Virus record (IMG/VR): IMGVR_UViG_3300017700_000552
Coordinates: 354-64,353 of that record
Direction: 5' to 3' (one strand)
Source: a virus
Lineage: Duplodnaviria; Caudoviricetes
DNA length: 64,000 nt
Positions 17,928 through 27,309 of this stretch are shown in pieces. Position numbers and translations under genes: made by a program. A model generated the notes under the pieces. It was not told where the DNA came from, did not search any database, and saw only the letters and a program-made list of their open reading frames with translations. Position 1 is the first letter of the stretch. Each line of letters opens with the position of its first letter.

Positions 17928-19067
17928 TCACTCTCCCTTCGTCGTCAGATTGTCGCGGCTCAGCGTTCCTGCGCCGGGCGTTTCCAGTCCTTCAATCTTG
18001 ATCTTGCAGGCGGAGCAGTAGTTCGATCCGACGCCGCCGGCTTCAAGGCGAAAGGACGCTTGGTATTCGCACCATTCGGTGTCGCATCGGACGATGTGCC
18101 GATCCCTGCTGATATTGAACCACGTCATGCTGTCTCTCCGGTCTTTGGGTGAGGGGGCCGCGTTCCTGCGCCCTCATTGCTGGGGTGTTCTCCCATCACG
18201 CCCGCCGTCCAAGCGGCGACGCCATGCTGCGGCTCCAATGCGCCGTACTTTTCGGTGCATGCCACGCATCGAGTTGCTTCGTGATCGGGCATAAGAGGCC
18301 AGCCCGAGTAGCGCATGGCGAAGCTGGAGCCGGCCTTCATGCTGTTGTGGAAGCGTCCGCAGTGGTCGCACTTGGGCATGCCGCTCAATGATCCTGCTCC
18401 CTCATTGCTGATGTTCATGGTCAGCCGCCCCTTGCCCGCTCGGCATTGATGCGCCAGTCCGGCTCGAAACCGCATATGCTGCAGCGCCGTTCGTTGGGCG
18501 AGCACGTCTGGTTCAAAATCTTGCCCATGCAGTCGCCTTCGGCGTGCGGCTCGTCCTTAAGTGCGCGAATGTGTTTCGCCCCGGCGATGGCCTGAAACGG
18601 CCCCTCGCTGTTGAGGCGGTCAATCACAGCAGCGCAGCGTTCGATGATGATGTCTCGCTCGGTGCGGGTCATGAGCCTGCGCCCTCATTGATTGGCGTAG
18701 GCCACTGGGCTCCAGGGATTGCTCGCTCAAGCTCAGCAAGGCTGAACGTGCGCGGGTCCATCCCGTCAAAGTCAACGCGCCGAAGAAGTTCGTTAAACAG
18801 ATCGCCCGTTAGGATATGCGGAATAGCTCTCTCGGCCAGCTTGTTTGCCATGCGCAAATGGTAGTCGCGCTCGGTTGTCCGCAGCCTGATCTGGTGTTCA
18901 AGGTCCGCTTCCCGGCGCACAGCCATCTCGTGCATCTGCTTGTATTCGAGAGCTTTGCCGTACCAGTGCAGAGAGCCCTTATCCGGCTCTGAAGTCATCG
19001 CCTTGTCAGCAACCTGGCTTTCTGTTTTGTGCCCGCGAAGTGTCGACCATAGCTGCTTGAGAGTCAT
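17928..19067 (-). other. Four small accessory ORFs (17928-18128, 18125-18379 or 18418, 18421-18672, 18669-19067)
   Basis: Several CxxC pairs; coupled arrangement. Confidence 0.55.
18165..18690. repeat. Three 15-bp direct repeats at accessory-gene boundaries
   Basis: CCTGC(G/T)CCCTCATTG at 18165-18179, 18393-18407 and 18676-18690 (translates as NEGAG). Confidence 0.7.
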
Positions 19068-19134
19068 AGTTCTGTCCTTTCAGTGGTATCAGGCTGGGAG
19101 TTCCGCGCTCTTGCTCCATGGCTGCTGAGGCTGA

Positions 19135-20460
19135 TCATTCTGCTGCCTCCAGCTTCGGCGCGGCGAGTTCACTGACGATCTGGATACGGGTGCCGAGCCA
19201 GCGCATCGCGTTGACGGCCATACTGTTGCCGAGCGCCTTGTAGCGAGGGCCGTCAGGTGCACCGTTCTTCCCGCGCCACGGCACGTTGGTGAAGCTGTCA
19301 GGGAATCCCTGAAGTCGCTCGCACTCCGTCGGGGTCAGGCGCCGTACGGCCCAATTGGTTGACACGTAGGTCTGTTGCTTCATGCCAGGTTCCGCGGCGA
19401 TAGCCCCCGCGACTTCCATCAACCGAACTTCATCTCGTTGGTTCTGGGCAAACGCGATGGCCGGCATTACTCCAGCGTTCGCGTGCGAACTGGCAAAGCC
19501 GCCAGCGCGCGGCGTCGGCGAAATGTTGTCACTGGCGTCGCCTCCGGAATCCTTGCACGAGAATGCAATCGCTGGCGGGTGCGCGCCCGCCGCTAGTGGG
19601 TGGCAGGGATCGCCAGCTTTAGGGACGCTACGGTTCGCCTTACTGGTGATCTGGGTTGTGTCAAAAGCGACAAATGTTTCGCTCTCAAAATCCAGTCTTC
19701 CTGCCGGGCCGCCGTGGGCATTGCAGGCGGTCGCGACATCGATGGGGCCAGCGGTATTATTGCCGCCGAATGGGATCGCAACGACAGGATCTTGTCCGCG
19801 CGTATCTCCGGCACGCTCTACGCCTCGGCCACTGCTGACAATGCTAGGTGCAATGTCGGCGGTAAATCCTTGCCCCGCTTTGCGGCGCGGCGCAGAATTC
19901 CCTGACAAGCTTTCGCGCTCAAAAAGTACTGCCGCGGCACGTCGCCAGTCTCGAGAATTTCCGACAACGAACACACGCCGTCGTCGCTGAGGGACAGCCC
20001 GTCCAAACCCGTCCACTCGCACGTACTGAGCGTCAAGCACTCGGTAGGCGAACCCATACCCGAGTTCGACCATGCCCCCGAGGATGGCTCCAAAATCCCT
20101 TCCACCGTTCGACGACAGGACTCCGGGGACGTTCTCCCAAAGCAGCCACTCGGGGCGATACCGATCAGCGATGGCAAGATAGGTGAGCGCGAGGTTGCCC
20201 CGCGGGTCAGCCATTCCTTTGCGAAGTCCAGCGACCGAGAAGGACTGGCAGGGGGTGCCTCCAACGAGAACATCGACATCTGCATCAGGCCATTCCTTGA
20301 ACTTGGTCATGTCGCCGAAATTCGGCACGTTGGGGTAATGGTGCGCCAGGACGGCGGCCGGGAACTTCTCGATCTCGGCAAAGCCGACAGGCTGCCAGCC
20401 CAGAGGGTGCCATGCGGCAGTCGCGGCCTCGATGCCGGAGCAGACGGACAGGTATTTCAT
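19135..20460 (-). CDS. dcm: DNA cytosine-C5 methyltransferase (large/alpha polypeptide)
   Basis: Start MKYLSVCSGIEA (motif I), GGTPCQ (IV), ENVPG (VI), QRRRRVF (VIII), RRLTPTECERLQGFP...YKALGNS (X). Confidence 0.93.
   Translation of the reverse strand: MKYLSVCSGIEAATAAWHPLGWQPVGFAEIEKFPAAVLAHHYPNVPNFGDMTKFKEWPDADVDVLVGGTPCQSFSVAGLRKGMADPRGNLALTYLAIADRYRPEWLLWENVPGVLSSNGGRDFGAILGGMVELGYGFAYRVLDAQYVRVDGFGRAVPQRRRRVFVVGNSRDWRRAAAVLFERESLSGNSAPRRKAGQGFTADIAPSIVSSGRGVERAGDTRGQDPVVAIPFGGNNTAGPIDVATACNAHGGPAGRLDFESETFVAFDTTQITSKANRSVPKAGDPCHPLAAGAHPPAIAFSCKDSGGDASDNISPTPRAGGFASSHANAGVMPAIAFAQNQRDEVRLMEVAGAIAAEPGMKQQTYVSTNWAVRRLTPTECERLQGFPDSFTNVPWRGKNGAPDGPRYKALGNSMAVNAMRWLGTRIQIVSELAAPKLEAAE
19818..20285 (-). 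CDS. Nested alternative-frame ORF resembling the M.EcoHK31I beta polypeptide
   Basis: Same strand, +1 frame inside dcm; SSGAWSNSGM and CSLSEILETGDVPRQYFLSAKACQGILRRA (motif IX-like). Confidence 0.7.
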   Translation of the reverse strand: MQMSMFSLEAPPASPSRSLDFAKEWLTRGATSRSPILPSLIGIAPSGCFGRTSPESCRRTVEGILEPSSGAWSNSGMGSPTECLTLSTCEWTGLDGLSLSDDGVCSLSEILETGDVPRQYFLSAKACQGILRRAAKRGKDLPPTLHLALSAVAEA

Positions 20461-20551
20461 CGACTGGCCTTCCACGCGGCGAATTCCAGCCAAAACATGA
20501 GGGCGGGCGCGTAAAGCAGCACGGCGAGGAAGATGAACTTGAAGAATGCCA

Positions 20552-20770
20552 TCATGCCGCACCTCCGCGCTCTGCAGCAACACCAACCGCAGCCTCCTGC
20601 AAGATGCCTTTCACCCGCCGCTCGTGGTCAGGGTCCATCCTGCCGACATGGAAAAGCTGGACCAACTGCGACAGCACGGTCAGCCGCCGTCCCTTCGCTG
20701 TATTGGCTCCGGCCTTGTCTCGGGCTTTGTGGAGATCGGCAATCATGATGTGGCTCCCGACACTTTGCAC
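20552..20770 (-). CDS. Hypothetical protein
   Basis: 72-aa ORF; a 32-aa hydrophobic ORF (MMAFFKFIFLAVLL...) follows it into the dcm start. Confidence 0.45.
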   Translation of the reverse strand: MQSVGSHIMIADLHKARDKAGANTAKGRRLTVLSQLVQLFHVGRMDPDHERRVKGILQEAAVGVAAERGGAA

Positions 20771-20861
20771 AGCCGCTCAGCAGCCGCCATACGTTCAGCC
20801 GGCGGCAATCCAGCGCACGCCTGCCACGCGGCCAGCAGTGCATCTGCCTGCGCTTGGCTGC

Positions 20862-21098
20862 TCACGCCGCCACCTTCAGCGCCAGGCGCTGCATCGTCTT
20901 TGCGCGGTCCCAAGCCCATTGAATCGTCTCCTTGAAATGGCGAGCGTATGTCCAGTATTTTGCGCTTTCTTCCGTGCAATGGCGAGAGGCGCGATAGTCC
21001 GCCATCTCGCGCTTGGCGCGAATGTGAGCTGCCCGCATCAACGCCGAAACGTCGATCGTGCCATCGGCCGCTACCAGATTGTTTGCCGGGTTGAACAT
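20862..21098 (-). CDS. Hypothetical protein behind promoter cassette A
   Basis: 78-aa ORF with AGAGG SD. Confidence 0.6.
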   Translation of the reverse strand: MFNPANNLVAADGTIDVSALMRAAHIRAKREMADYRASRHCTEESAKYWTYARHFKETIQWAWDRAKTMQRLALKVAA

Positions 21099-21116
21099 GG
21101 TGAACCTCTTTCGATT

Positions 21117-21180
21117 GGGGCGCGCTGCCCCGGTTCAGAACCATCCCATATGCCGCGCCGTTCGTCAAACGGTTTTTTAC
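21117..21180 (-). promoter_or_regulatory. Promoter cassette A (palindrome plus hairpin)
   Basis: GTCAAACGGTTTTTTAC at 21164-21180; GGGGC-AGCGC-GCCCC hairpin at 21131-21117. Confidence 0.55.
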
Positions 21181-21191
21181 GTCAGCGCGAT

Positions 21192-21401
21192 TTAATCTCG
21201 TGCCATGTCGATCATCGTCATCCAGACGGCGGCAATCTGGGTGGCATTCATGCCGAGCGCATCGGCCGCTCTGGCCACCGTCCGCGGATCCGGCTCACGA
21301 GCGACAATCAGGATCGAATCGGCAATCGCTTTGCACTGCGCCGACCCCTCAGAACTGCGCTGGAAAATTACGTCAGCAATCCGCTCGCGCAGAATGATCA
21401 T
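21192..21401 (-). CDS. Hypothetical protein
   Basis: 69-aa ORF coupled to terS. Confidence 0.55.
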   Translation of the reverse strand: MIILRERIADVIFQRSSEGSAQCKAIADSILIVAREPDPRTVARAADALGMNATQIAAVWMTMIDMARD

Positions 21402-21943
21402 TTGCCAGCAGCCTTCTTTACCGGCGGCAGCAATGTCCGCATCTTGTCGAGACCTTCGACCACCTTCATGCGCAGCTCTTCCGTCGTCATGTTGCTGAAA
21501 TCGCCCGGCCGGCCAACCTCTGCGCGCTCAATGAACATCGCTTTCGTCTGACCTAGCTTCTCGAGCGCAGCAACAGCCGTATGCGGCACGAACCGATAAA
21601 CCAGCTTACCGCCTTTGTACTTTGACTTGTCGTCGCCAAGGATCGGCTCACGGCCCAGGCTGCGATCCACGATCAGCATCAGGTTCTCAATCACCCACGC
21701 CTCTGTCAGCCCGACCTTCTTGGCTGCGATCTCGATCCCGCGCTCATGAATCCTGCGCCGTTCTTCCATCAGTTCCCTGATCCGGTCAGCAACAGCAGGC
21801 TTCTTTCGAATCCGATTTGTATTGCTCTGATGATTGCTCGGATTGTGCGCATAGCCAGCGGCCACCGCAGCAGCCTCATCCGTCGTGCCCTTCGCAACTT
21901 CTTGCGCAAATATCTCCCATCTCGGGTTTGTCAGAACAGGCAC
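21398..21943 (-). CDS. terS: Terminase small subunit
   Basis: MPVLTNPRWEIFAQEVAKG...AAVAAGY HTH; VADRIRELME; ALEKLG...MF. Confidence 0.8.
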   Translation of the reverse strand: MPVLTNPRWEIFAQEVAKGTTDEAAAVAAGYAHNPSNHQSNTNRIRKKPAVADRIRELMEERRRIHERGIEIAAKKVGLTEAWVIENLMLIVDRSLGREPILGDDKSKYKGGKLVYRFVPHTAVAALEKLGQTKAMFIERAEVGRPGDFSNMTTEELRMKVVEGLDKMRTLLPPVKKAAGK

Positions 21944-21946
21944 GGA

Positions 21947-22189
21947 CTACCTCTTTTTGCCGGCTGGCTGGCCAGTGCGCACCAACCGCTCAATCATTCC
22001 AACCACGGCACCGCCGGTCATAGGCGCGCCCGTCGTGACGCCGTAGAACTCACCCGGCTCGATATCCAGCATCGTGGTTTTGCCGTTTGGCCACACCGCC
22101 ACAATGTGCAGCGACAGCGGCCAGTCCGGCCGCACCGCTTCATGCGATACCGCACGGTCCAGATCGCTTCTCGGCAGGTCCACCATCAC
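21947..22189 (-). CDS. Hypothetical protein
   Basis: 80-aa coupled ORF. Confidence 0.55.
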   Translation of the reverse strand: MMVDLPRSDLDRAVSHEAVRPDWPLSLHIVAVWPNGKTTMLDIEPGEFYGVTTGAPMTGGAVVGMIERLVRTGQPAGKKR

Positions 22190-22380
22190 ACGGTCTCCCC
22201 GGCGCGCAGCGCCAGCGCGCGGCGCTCTATGTCCGCACTCACGTTCCGCTTGCCCATCTCCAACTGCTTGATCGCCTTGAAATTGGTATCGCCGCTGCCC
22301 TCATATCCGAGAGCAACGGCAAATTCCCGGCGCGACAAACCAAGCCCCATGCGGATCGACTGAAATTCGTCTCCGGTCAT
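22186..22380 (-). CDS. XRE-like helix-turn-helix protein
   Basis: MTGDEFQSIRMGLGLSRREFAVALG...IKQLEMGKR. Confidence 0.75.
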   Translation of the reverse strand: MTGDEFQSIRMGLGLSRREFAVALGYEGSGDTNFKAIKQLEMGKRNVSADIERRALALRAGETV

Positions 22381-22888
22381 TCGGCGCGCTCCGCAGCCTT
22401 CAATGCCGCAATGATCTTTTCCCGCGCGCTACCCGATAACTTTGTTCCGGTGTCGGGATAAAATCGAAAGCCGCCATCCACCAACCAAACAGTCGTTGAT
22501 GAGGATACAATTTCGGACAACGAGCCGGTCTCGATCTTAACTTCGGGAGCACTCAGCGCCGCAATAGCGCGATCCAAAACCTTCCGCGGGACCAACTGAC
22601 AGCCGCCGCATTTACAGTCCCCCGCATAACGCATGGCTGTCAATTCTCGCAGTTCTTCCGCAATCTTCTTCTTTTCACCATCAGTCACGCCACGCACTCC
22701 GCCTGCAACTGCGCTTTCAAATTCTCCACGGCGCGCTCAATCTGCCGTTCGGCCTGCCCAGGATCAGCGGCCAGACGTCCCAGTAAATGGGTGACGCCGC
22801 CCTCGATATCCAGCAGGAATCGCCGAGCGCCGGCCACCTCGACCACGCTCAGCGTCATGTTGCCGATCTGATGTTTGACTGAAACCAT
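22377..22888 (-). other. Two hypothetical ORFs (22377-22697, 22685-22888) behind promoter cassette B
   Basis: AGGAGG SD before 22888. Confidence 0.55.
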
Positions 22889-22906
22889 TGTGACCTCCTG
22901 TTGGCT

Positions 22907-22971
22907 GGGGCGCCGTGCCCCGGTGAAAATAGCCTCTCATGAGAAAGGCTATATGTCAAACGAGATTTGAC
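22907..22971 (-). promoter_or_regulatory. Promoter cassette B (palindrome plus hairpin)
   Basis: GTCAAA-CGAGA-TTTGAC at 22955-22971; ATAGCCT/AGGCTAT inverted repeat at 22929-22952; GGGGC-ACGGC-GCCCC at 22921-22907. Confidence 0.6.
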
Positions 22972-22972
22972 G

Positions 22973-23440
22973 TTACAGCCCGGCGGCGCAAAGGGCACCA
23001 GCCGGCACCGTGCAGCCCGTGCATCCAGGCTCGGGACCAAGATCCCGATTCCACCGGCCAGTCGCCTTGTAAATCTTGAGAATTTCCGTCCAATTGCCCG
23101 TCACCACCACCGGCGGCACCGCAGCGCGCGGCGCAATCGCCACCGTCTCAAATCGTTTACCATTCAGCCAAGTCGCGCAGTGCGGCAGGTACTGCTCGTC
23201 CTTCCCTCGCATCGATAGCGCGTACACCGGCACCGCCGCGATCGCCTGTTGCTGTTCCTCGTCCGACAATTTCTGCCATGCCTTGAACGCATCAAATTTT
23301 GAGCAGTTCAATTTGCGCGGATACGGCCCCCACAGTTGCTCAAATTCTGCCGTATACCCCTTGGGCTTTGGCTTCGATTTTACCGTCTTGGCGGCGGGAA
23401 TGTGTACCGGCGTCGGAAGAACAAACAGCGTTGCAGTCAT
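22973..23440 (-). CDS. Replication-initiator C-terminal-like protein
   Basis: FEQLWGPYPRK...KFDAFKAWQKL...YLPHCATWLNGKRFE. Confidence 0.55.
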   Translation of the reverse strand: MTATLFVLPTPVHIPAAKTVKSKPKPKGYTAEFEQLWGPYPRKLNCSKFDAFKAWQKLSDEEQQQAIAAVPVYALSMRGKDEQYLPHCATWLNGKRFETVAIAPRAAVPPVVVTGNWTEILKIYKATGRWNRDLGPEPGCTGCTVPAGALCAAGL

Positions 23441-23454
23441 GGTTTTCTCCTCTG

Positions 23455-24867
23455 TTAAAATGTGAACTCAGGCAGATTTTCCGCAGGCACATAGCCGCGC
23501 GTCCATCCCTCGTCGCGCACAGCGTTACAAGGAACGTCAACGAACACCTTCACGCCGCCGGTGGATCCCTCGCGGCTTTTCTCGATCAGAATGTCCAGCG
23601 TGTTCAGGCATCTCGCCATCTGATCCTGCCAGATAGCGTATTCCGGCGAATCCGGTTTCGGCTCGCGGTTCTGGAGGTAGTACGATTCGCGATAGACCAT
23701 CATCACCATCGCAGCGTCTTCCTCAATGTTCCCGGACGCGCGAAGGTCCGACAAATTCGGGCGCTTGTCATCACGAGATTCGACACCGCGGTTGAGCTGC
23801 GCCAGCGCGATCACGCCAATGTCCATTTCGCGCGACAGCCGCATCAGGCCGCTCGACACCTCGCCGACCTCGTTGACCTTGTTCCCGCGATACCGATCCG
23901 ACGCCGCCACAAGCCCCATGTGGTCAACCATGATGAAGTCCAGACCGCCGCGCTGTTTCATCTGGCGCGCTCGCGAAGCGATCTGGGATAGCGTAAGACC
24001 CGTCTGCTGCTCGATCCGCAAAGGCAGTTCCTCCAGCGTCTGCCCGGCCCGGCGCATGGCTTCAAATTCGTCTTCCTTGAACCGCCCCGACCGCATCTTG
24101 AAATACGGGATTTCCCGCTCATCAAAAACCGCATCCGATATCAGGCGCCGCGACAGCGACACGTCGCCCATCTCGAGGCTGAAATAAATCCCCCGATGGC
24201 CGCCTTGGCACAGCGCCCGAGCCATATTCAGCGCAAGGCCCGACTTCATCATGCCCGGCCGCCCGGCCAAGATCGTCAACTCGCCACGCTGTAAGCCCGA
24301 CGTCTTCCGATCCAAATCCCGCAGGCCATAACTCATCCCCGAGATGGCGCCGTCGCGCTCATATGCCGATGCCGCCGCGTCGATCGCACGCATCACCGAA
24401 TCGCCTAGCGTCAGAGACGGCATCTGCTGCGTATTGCGGGACGCCACGATGCCGTCCAGTTGTTCGATGCCCCACGCCGCAATCTCTGCCGGATCAGCGT
24501 CCCCAGGCCGCGCAAGCTCGTTGCACACGTCCAAGATCAACCGCTTGTCCGATAGGTCGCGGACCATCCCGGCGAGGTGCGGCGCTTCCGAAGCCGTGGC
24601 GCCAGCCGCCATCAGCCGCGCCACGTACTGCGATAGCGTAACATCCTGCACGAGTTGCACATCAGCCGGCAGCAGCGGCTTGATCGTCAGGGCATTTGCC
24701 AGCTTGCCGGCGGATATCAGCTTCTCGCAGATATCAAATATTTGCGCGTGAATAGGCTCTGCGAAGTGTTCTTCCGTGACCTTTTTTGCGATTAGCGGCA
24801 GCAGATCGTTGCGGAGCAGCAGTGCGCCGATCAACGCCTGTTCAACTTGTACTGTGCCGTCGCTCAC
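23455..24867 (-). CDS. dnaB: Replicative DNA helicase
   Basis: LAGRPGMMKS (Walker A), FSLEM, MVDHMGL, LAQLNRGVESRDDKRPNLSDLRASGNIEEDA. Confidence 0.95.
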   Translation of the reverse strand: MSDGTVQVEQALIGALLLRNDLLPLIAKKVTEEHFAEPIHAQIFDICEKLISAGKLANALTIKPLLPADVQLVQDVTLSQYVARLMAAGATASEAPHLAGMVRDLSDKRLILDVCNELARPGDADPAEIAAWGIEQLDGIVASRNTQQMPSLTLGDSVMRAIDAAASAYERDGAISGMSYGLRDLDRKTSGLQRGELTILAGRPGMMKSGLALNMARALCQGGHRGIYFSLEMGDVSLSRRLISDAVFDEREIPYFKMRSGRFKEDEFEAMRRAGQTLEELPLRIEQQTGLTLSQIASRARQMKQRGGLDFIMVDHMGLVAASDRYRGNKVNEVGEVSSGLMRLSREMDIGVIALAQLNRGVESRDDKRPNLSDLRASGNIEEDAAMVMMVYRESYYLQNREPKPDSPEYAIWQDQMARCLNTLDILIEKSREGSTGGVKVFVDVPCNAVRDEGWTRGYVPAENLPEFTF

Positions 24868-25286
24868 CGCGTCACCTCAAACACGCGCACCATCTCAGCG
24901 CGCGCTTGCTTCATCATATCGCTGGTCCCAGCGCCGCCGGGAAACGCGATCACTGCATCCGGCCCGAACTCGCGCAGCATTTTGAGATTTCGCCGCGGCC
25001 CAGCCATCGCGTCATACCGTCCATTCGGACCTTTCTTGATCACCGCGTCCGGGTGCGACAGATCGGCCCAGTTCGCCTTCACCGTCCGCCACTGCACGCG
25101 CCGGTCCTGCGCCCACTGCTTTGCCAACCAATCGACGCCGCCGACTTTCACGCCGCCCACGCGCAGGCGCTGGCCACCCTCAATCACGAACGACAGACCA
25201 TGATGCAGCTTGAACTGATCCAGTTCGGCAAACACAAAATCCCGATCGGTCAGAGACCGTGATCCACATACGATCGCACGCATCAC
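24864..25286 (-). CDS. SLOG-family protein (DUF2493/YspA-like)
   Basis: AIVCGSR...GVDWLAKQWA...AGPRRN..ML...VIAFPGGAGTSDM. Confidence 0.8.
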   Translation of the reverse strand: MMRAIVCGSRSLTDRDFVFAELDQFKLHHGLSFVIEGGQRLRVGGVKVGGVDWLAKQWAQDRRVQWRTVKANWADLSHPDAVIKKGPNGRYDAMAGPRRNLKMLREFGPDAVIAFPGGAGTSDMMKQARAEMVRVFEVTR

Positions 25287-26026
25287 CTAACCTCCGGAAA
25301 TTGTCGAACCATCAATCTGTCCGGGATAGAACCCTTGCCGGCCATTTGCTTGAAAAAATATGCCACGCCAAAATTAGCGCACTCGTTCATCAACGAAACG
25401 GGCCAATCCTCTGCCATAGCACGATATCCCGGACCGCTTTCGCCGCCGCAGATAATCCAATCTGGCGTCCCTATGCATCCTCGCGTGGTCAACGGACCGA
25501 GAGCAGGTTCATAACTGATAAACCGCACTCGAGCAGGAATGGAAAACAAGATCGGCCAGCGGCGATCATACGCAGCCTGATCTTCGCAAGTCGTTCCGAG
25601 CCAGACATTAGGAGGAAAAGCCATCTCCCACATGCCAAGCATCTTACGGATATTCTCTGGACGCTTCGTCAGCAGCAACCAGTCCAACTCCGGCGTCGCT
25701 TCGATCAGCGCCCACAAATCCTCGCGCGCGCCAGCCGGCGCCTTGTTGTCGAACACGTCGGCAAGAGACGAACAGAACACCCGCTGCCGACGCGCATGCT
25801 CCGCTTGAAACGTAGCCGCCGCGCGATTCCATTTCAGTGGATTTTTCCAGTTGCCGGGCGAAGTCCGGACGCGCTCACCATGCGGCCCCCACTTCACTCT
25901 GCCATACCGCTTATCCATCAGCGTTTCGGCATAACAATGATCGCACCCGGCAGAAACTTTCTGGCAACCAATCCACGGATTGAAAGTCGAGTCGCACCAC
26001 GCGATTTCCGTTGTTTCAGCCATCAC
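25283..26026 (-). CDS. Phage Gp37/Gp68 (DUF5131) radical-SAM-like protein
   Basis: TEIAWCDSTFNPWIGCQKVSAGCDHCYAE, LLLTKRP, WLGTTCE, ISYEP, WIICGGESG. Confidence 0.9.
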   Translation of the reverse strand: MMAETTEIAWCDSTFNPWIGCQKVSAGCDHCYAETLMDKRYGRVKWGPHGERVRTSPGNWKNPLKWNRAAATFQAEHARRQRVFCSSLADVFDNKAPAGAREDLWALIEATPELDWLLLTKRPENIRKMLGMWEMAFPPNVWLGTTCEDQAAYDRRWPILFSIPARVRFISYEPALGPLTTRGCIGTPDWIICGGESGPGYRAMAEDWPVSLMNECANFGVAYFFKQMAGKGSIPDRLMVRQFPEVR

Positions 26027-26588
26027 TGCATCTCGCTTGTTGTGATCAGGGCTTCCGTCAGCATCTTGCGCATGTCGTTCTTCGACTGCTCTGCTGGCAC
26101 CGGGAACATCAGCAGCAACTTGCGCCGGTACTGCGGCGATCCCTTCTTGTCCGCCGGCGACAGCAGGAGTTTGCCGCGCGCAGCAGCCGCATCCCGGCGC
26201 CGACCGCGCTTGTTGTTCAGCTTCTTCGCTTTGGCTTCGTCGCTAATCGCTGGCATCAGTTCGACTTCCTTTTCATCTTCCTGTCTTTCCGCGCGCGATT
26301 CTTGTTCTGGACCCGCGCCTTCTTTTCACCGCACGACCGGCACTCAAAAGTCTGCCTATACTTTTTCCCTTTTGGCACTTTTTTTGCCAGTATCTGCGAA
26401 ACCTCACCACACGACTGACATTTGACGCTGACAGGCGCAGCGGTCACGCCACCATCGCCGGAATACCCCATCGTCCGGCGCAAGCTCCAACGAGCCAAAT
26501 CGTCGGCCCCAAAAGCCTTCCCATCCGGAAGCTTTTTGATTGGTACATTTCCATAATCAACGCTGATATTTTTCGGCAAAGGCGCCAT
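26023..26588 (-). other. Two basic hypothetical ORFs (26023-26256; 26256-26588 with two CxxC)
   Basis: Coupled ORFs; CQSC...CRSC. Confidence 0.55.
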
Positions 26589-26916
26589 CGTTTTCCCTTT
26601 CTGACATAGCTCTCCCTTTGCCTTCCAGAGATACCCTCAAGGGCAGTGCTCTAGTGGATCGAGAACAACGATCCGAAGGTTTTAGCCTTCTCTGGTTTGC
26701 AGGCCGGCAAATGGGTCAAAACGGGACAGGCCAATACCTGTCATTCGCTCCTGCGGCGTATCCCCGGCTCGCTAGGCGCCGGCCACCTCGATTGCTGCTT
26801 GTCTTCTACAGGCGGGAGCCACCGAGCGGACCCTGACAGACCAAACAGACATCGGCCGCGCGACTGAACGCGGACTCGGGAACCGATTGGTGACTGACGG
26901 ATTGAGGGGCAGGACA

Positions 26917-26944
26917 TTGACGGAAAGCACAAAAATGCTATGTC
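26917..26944 (+). promoter_or_regulatory. Candidate sigma70 promoter for a small antisense RNA
   Basis: TTGACG at 26917-26922, N16, TATGTC (GCTATG overlapping). Confidence 0.45.
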
Positions 26945-26950
26945 TTTGTC

Positions 26951-27024
26951 TGTCCCGATCCGCCGCCAAGCATCAATCGGGTAATTCAACGGCCTCGGGA
27001 AACACTCCGGGGCCGTTTCCTTTT
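26951..27024 (+). ncRNA. Candidate ~74-nt two-hairpin small RNA ending in an intrinsic terminator
   Basis: CCCGAT/ATCGGG stem at 26954-26981; 11-bp stem 26988-26998/27007-27017 with a G-U pair valid only on the plus strand; followed by TCCTTTT. Confidence 0.4.
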
Positions 27025-27120
27025 GTAGGGCTTCTTTTCTCGACTCGTCAATTCGCAAAATGTGGCCTGCTTCGAACTGTGGTACACCACCCGTAGATTC
27101 CACCGCGCCACGAGGCCGCC

Positions 27121-27309
27121 ATGAGCGACTTTTACAGGTTCGATCCAGACACGACGGCGGCGCGTCAGAACAGCCAAACGACGACCCGCATCATTCGCGG
27201 CCTGGGGCTGTTCCTGCTGATCGCGCCGCCGGCCATATCATTCTTAACCGAAAACCCGGCATGGATGGCTGGATGGGCTGTCCTGCTGATTCTCGGAATG
27301 GCCGGATGA
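27121..27309 (+). CDS. Small two-TM membrane protein
   Basis: Two hydrophobic segments; opposite to the surrounding operon. Confidence 0.55.
   Translation: MSDFYRFDPDTTAARQNSQTTTRIIRGLGLFLLIAPPAISFLTENPAWMAGWAVLLILGMAG

Noticed and set aside
26741-27103. 120-aa minus-strand ORF as a replication gene
   Set aside because: No recognisable motif or SD; it overlaps the promoter and terminator signals of the candidate small RNA.
27060-27115. tRNA-like segment (GTTCGA on the minus strand)
   Set aside because: No cloverleaf, acceptor stem or D-loop could be built.
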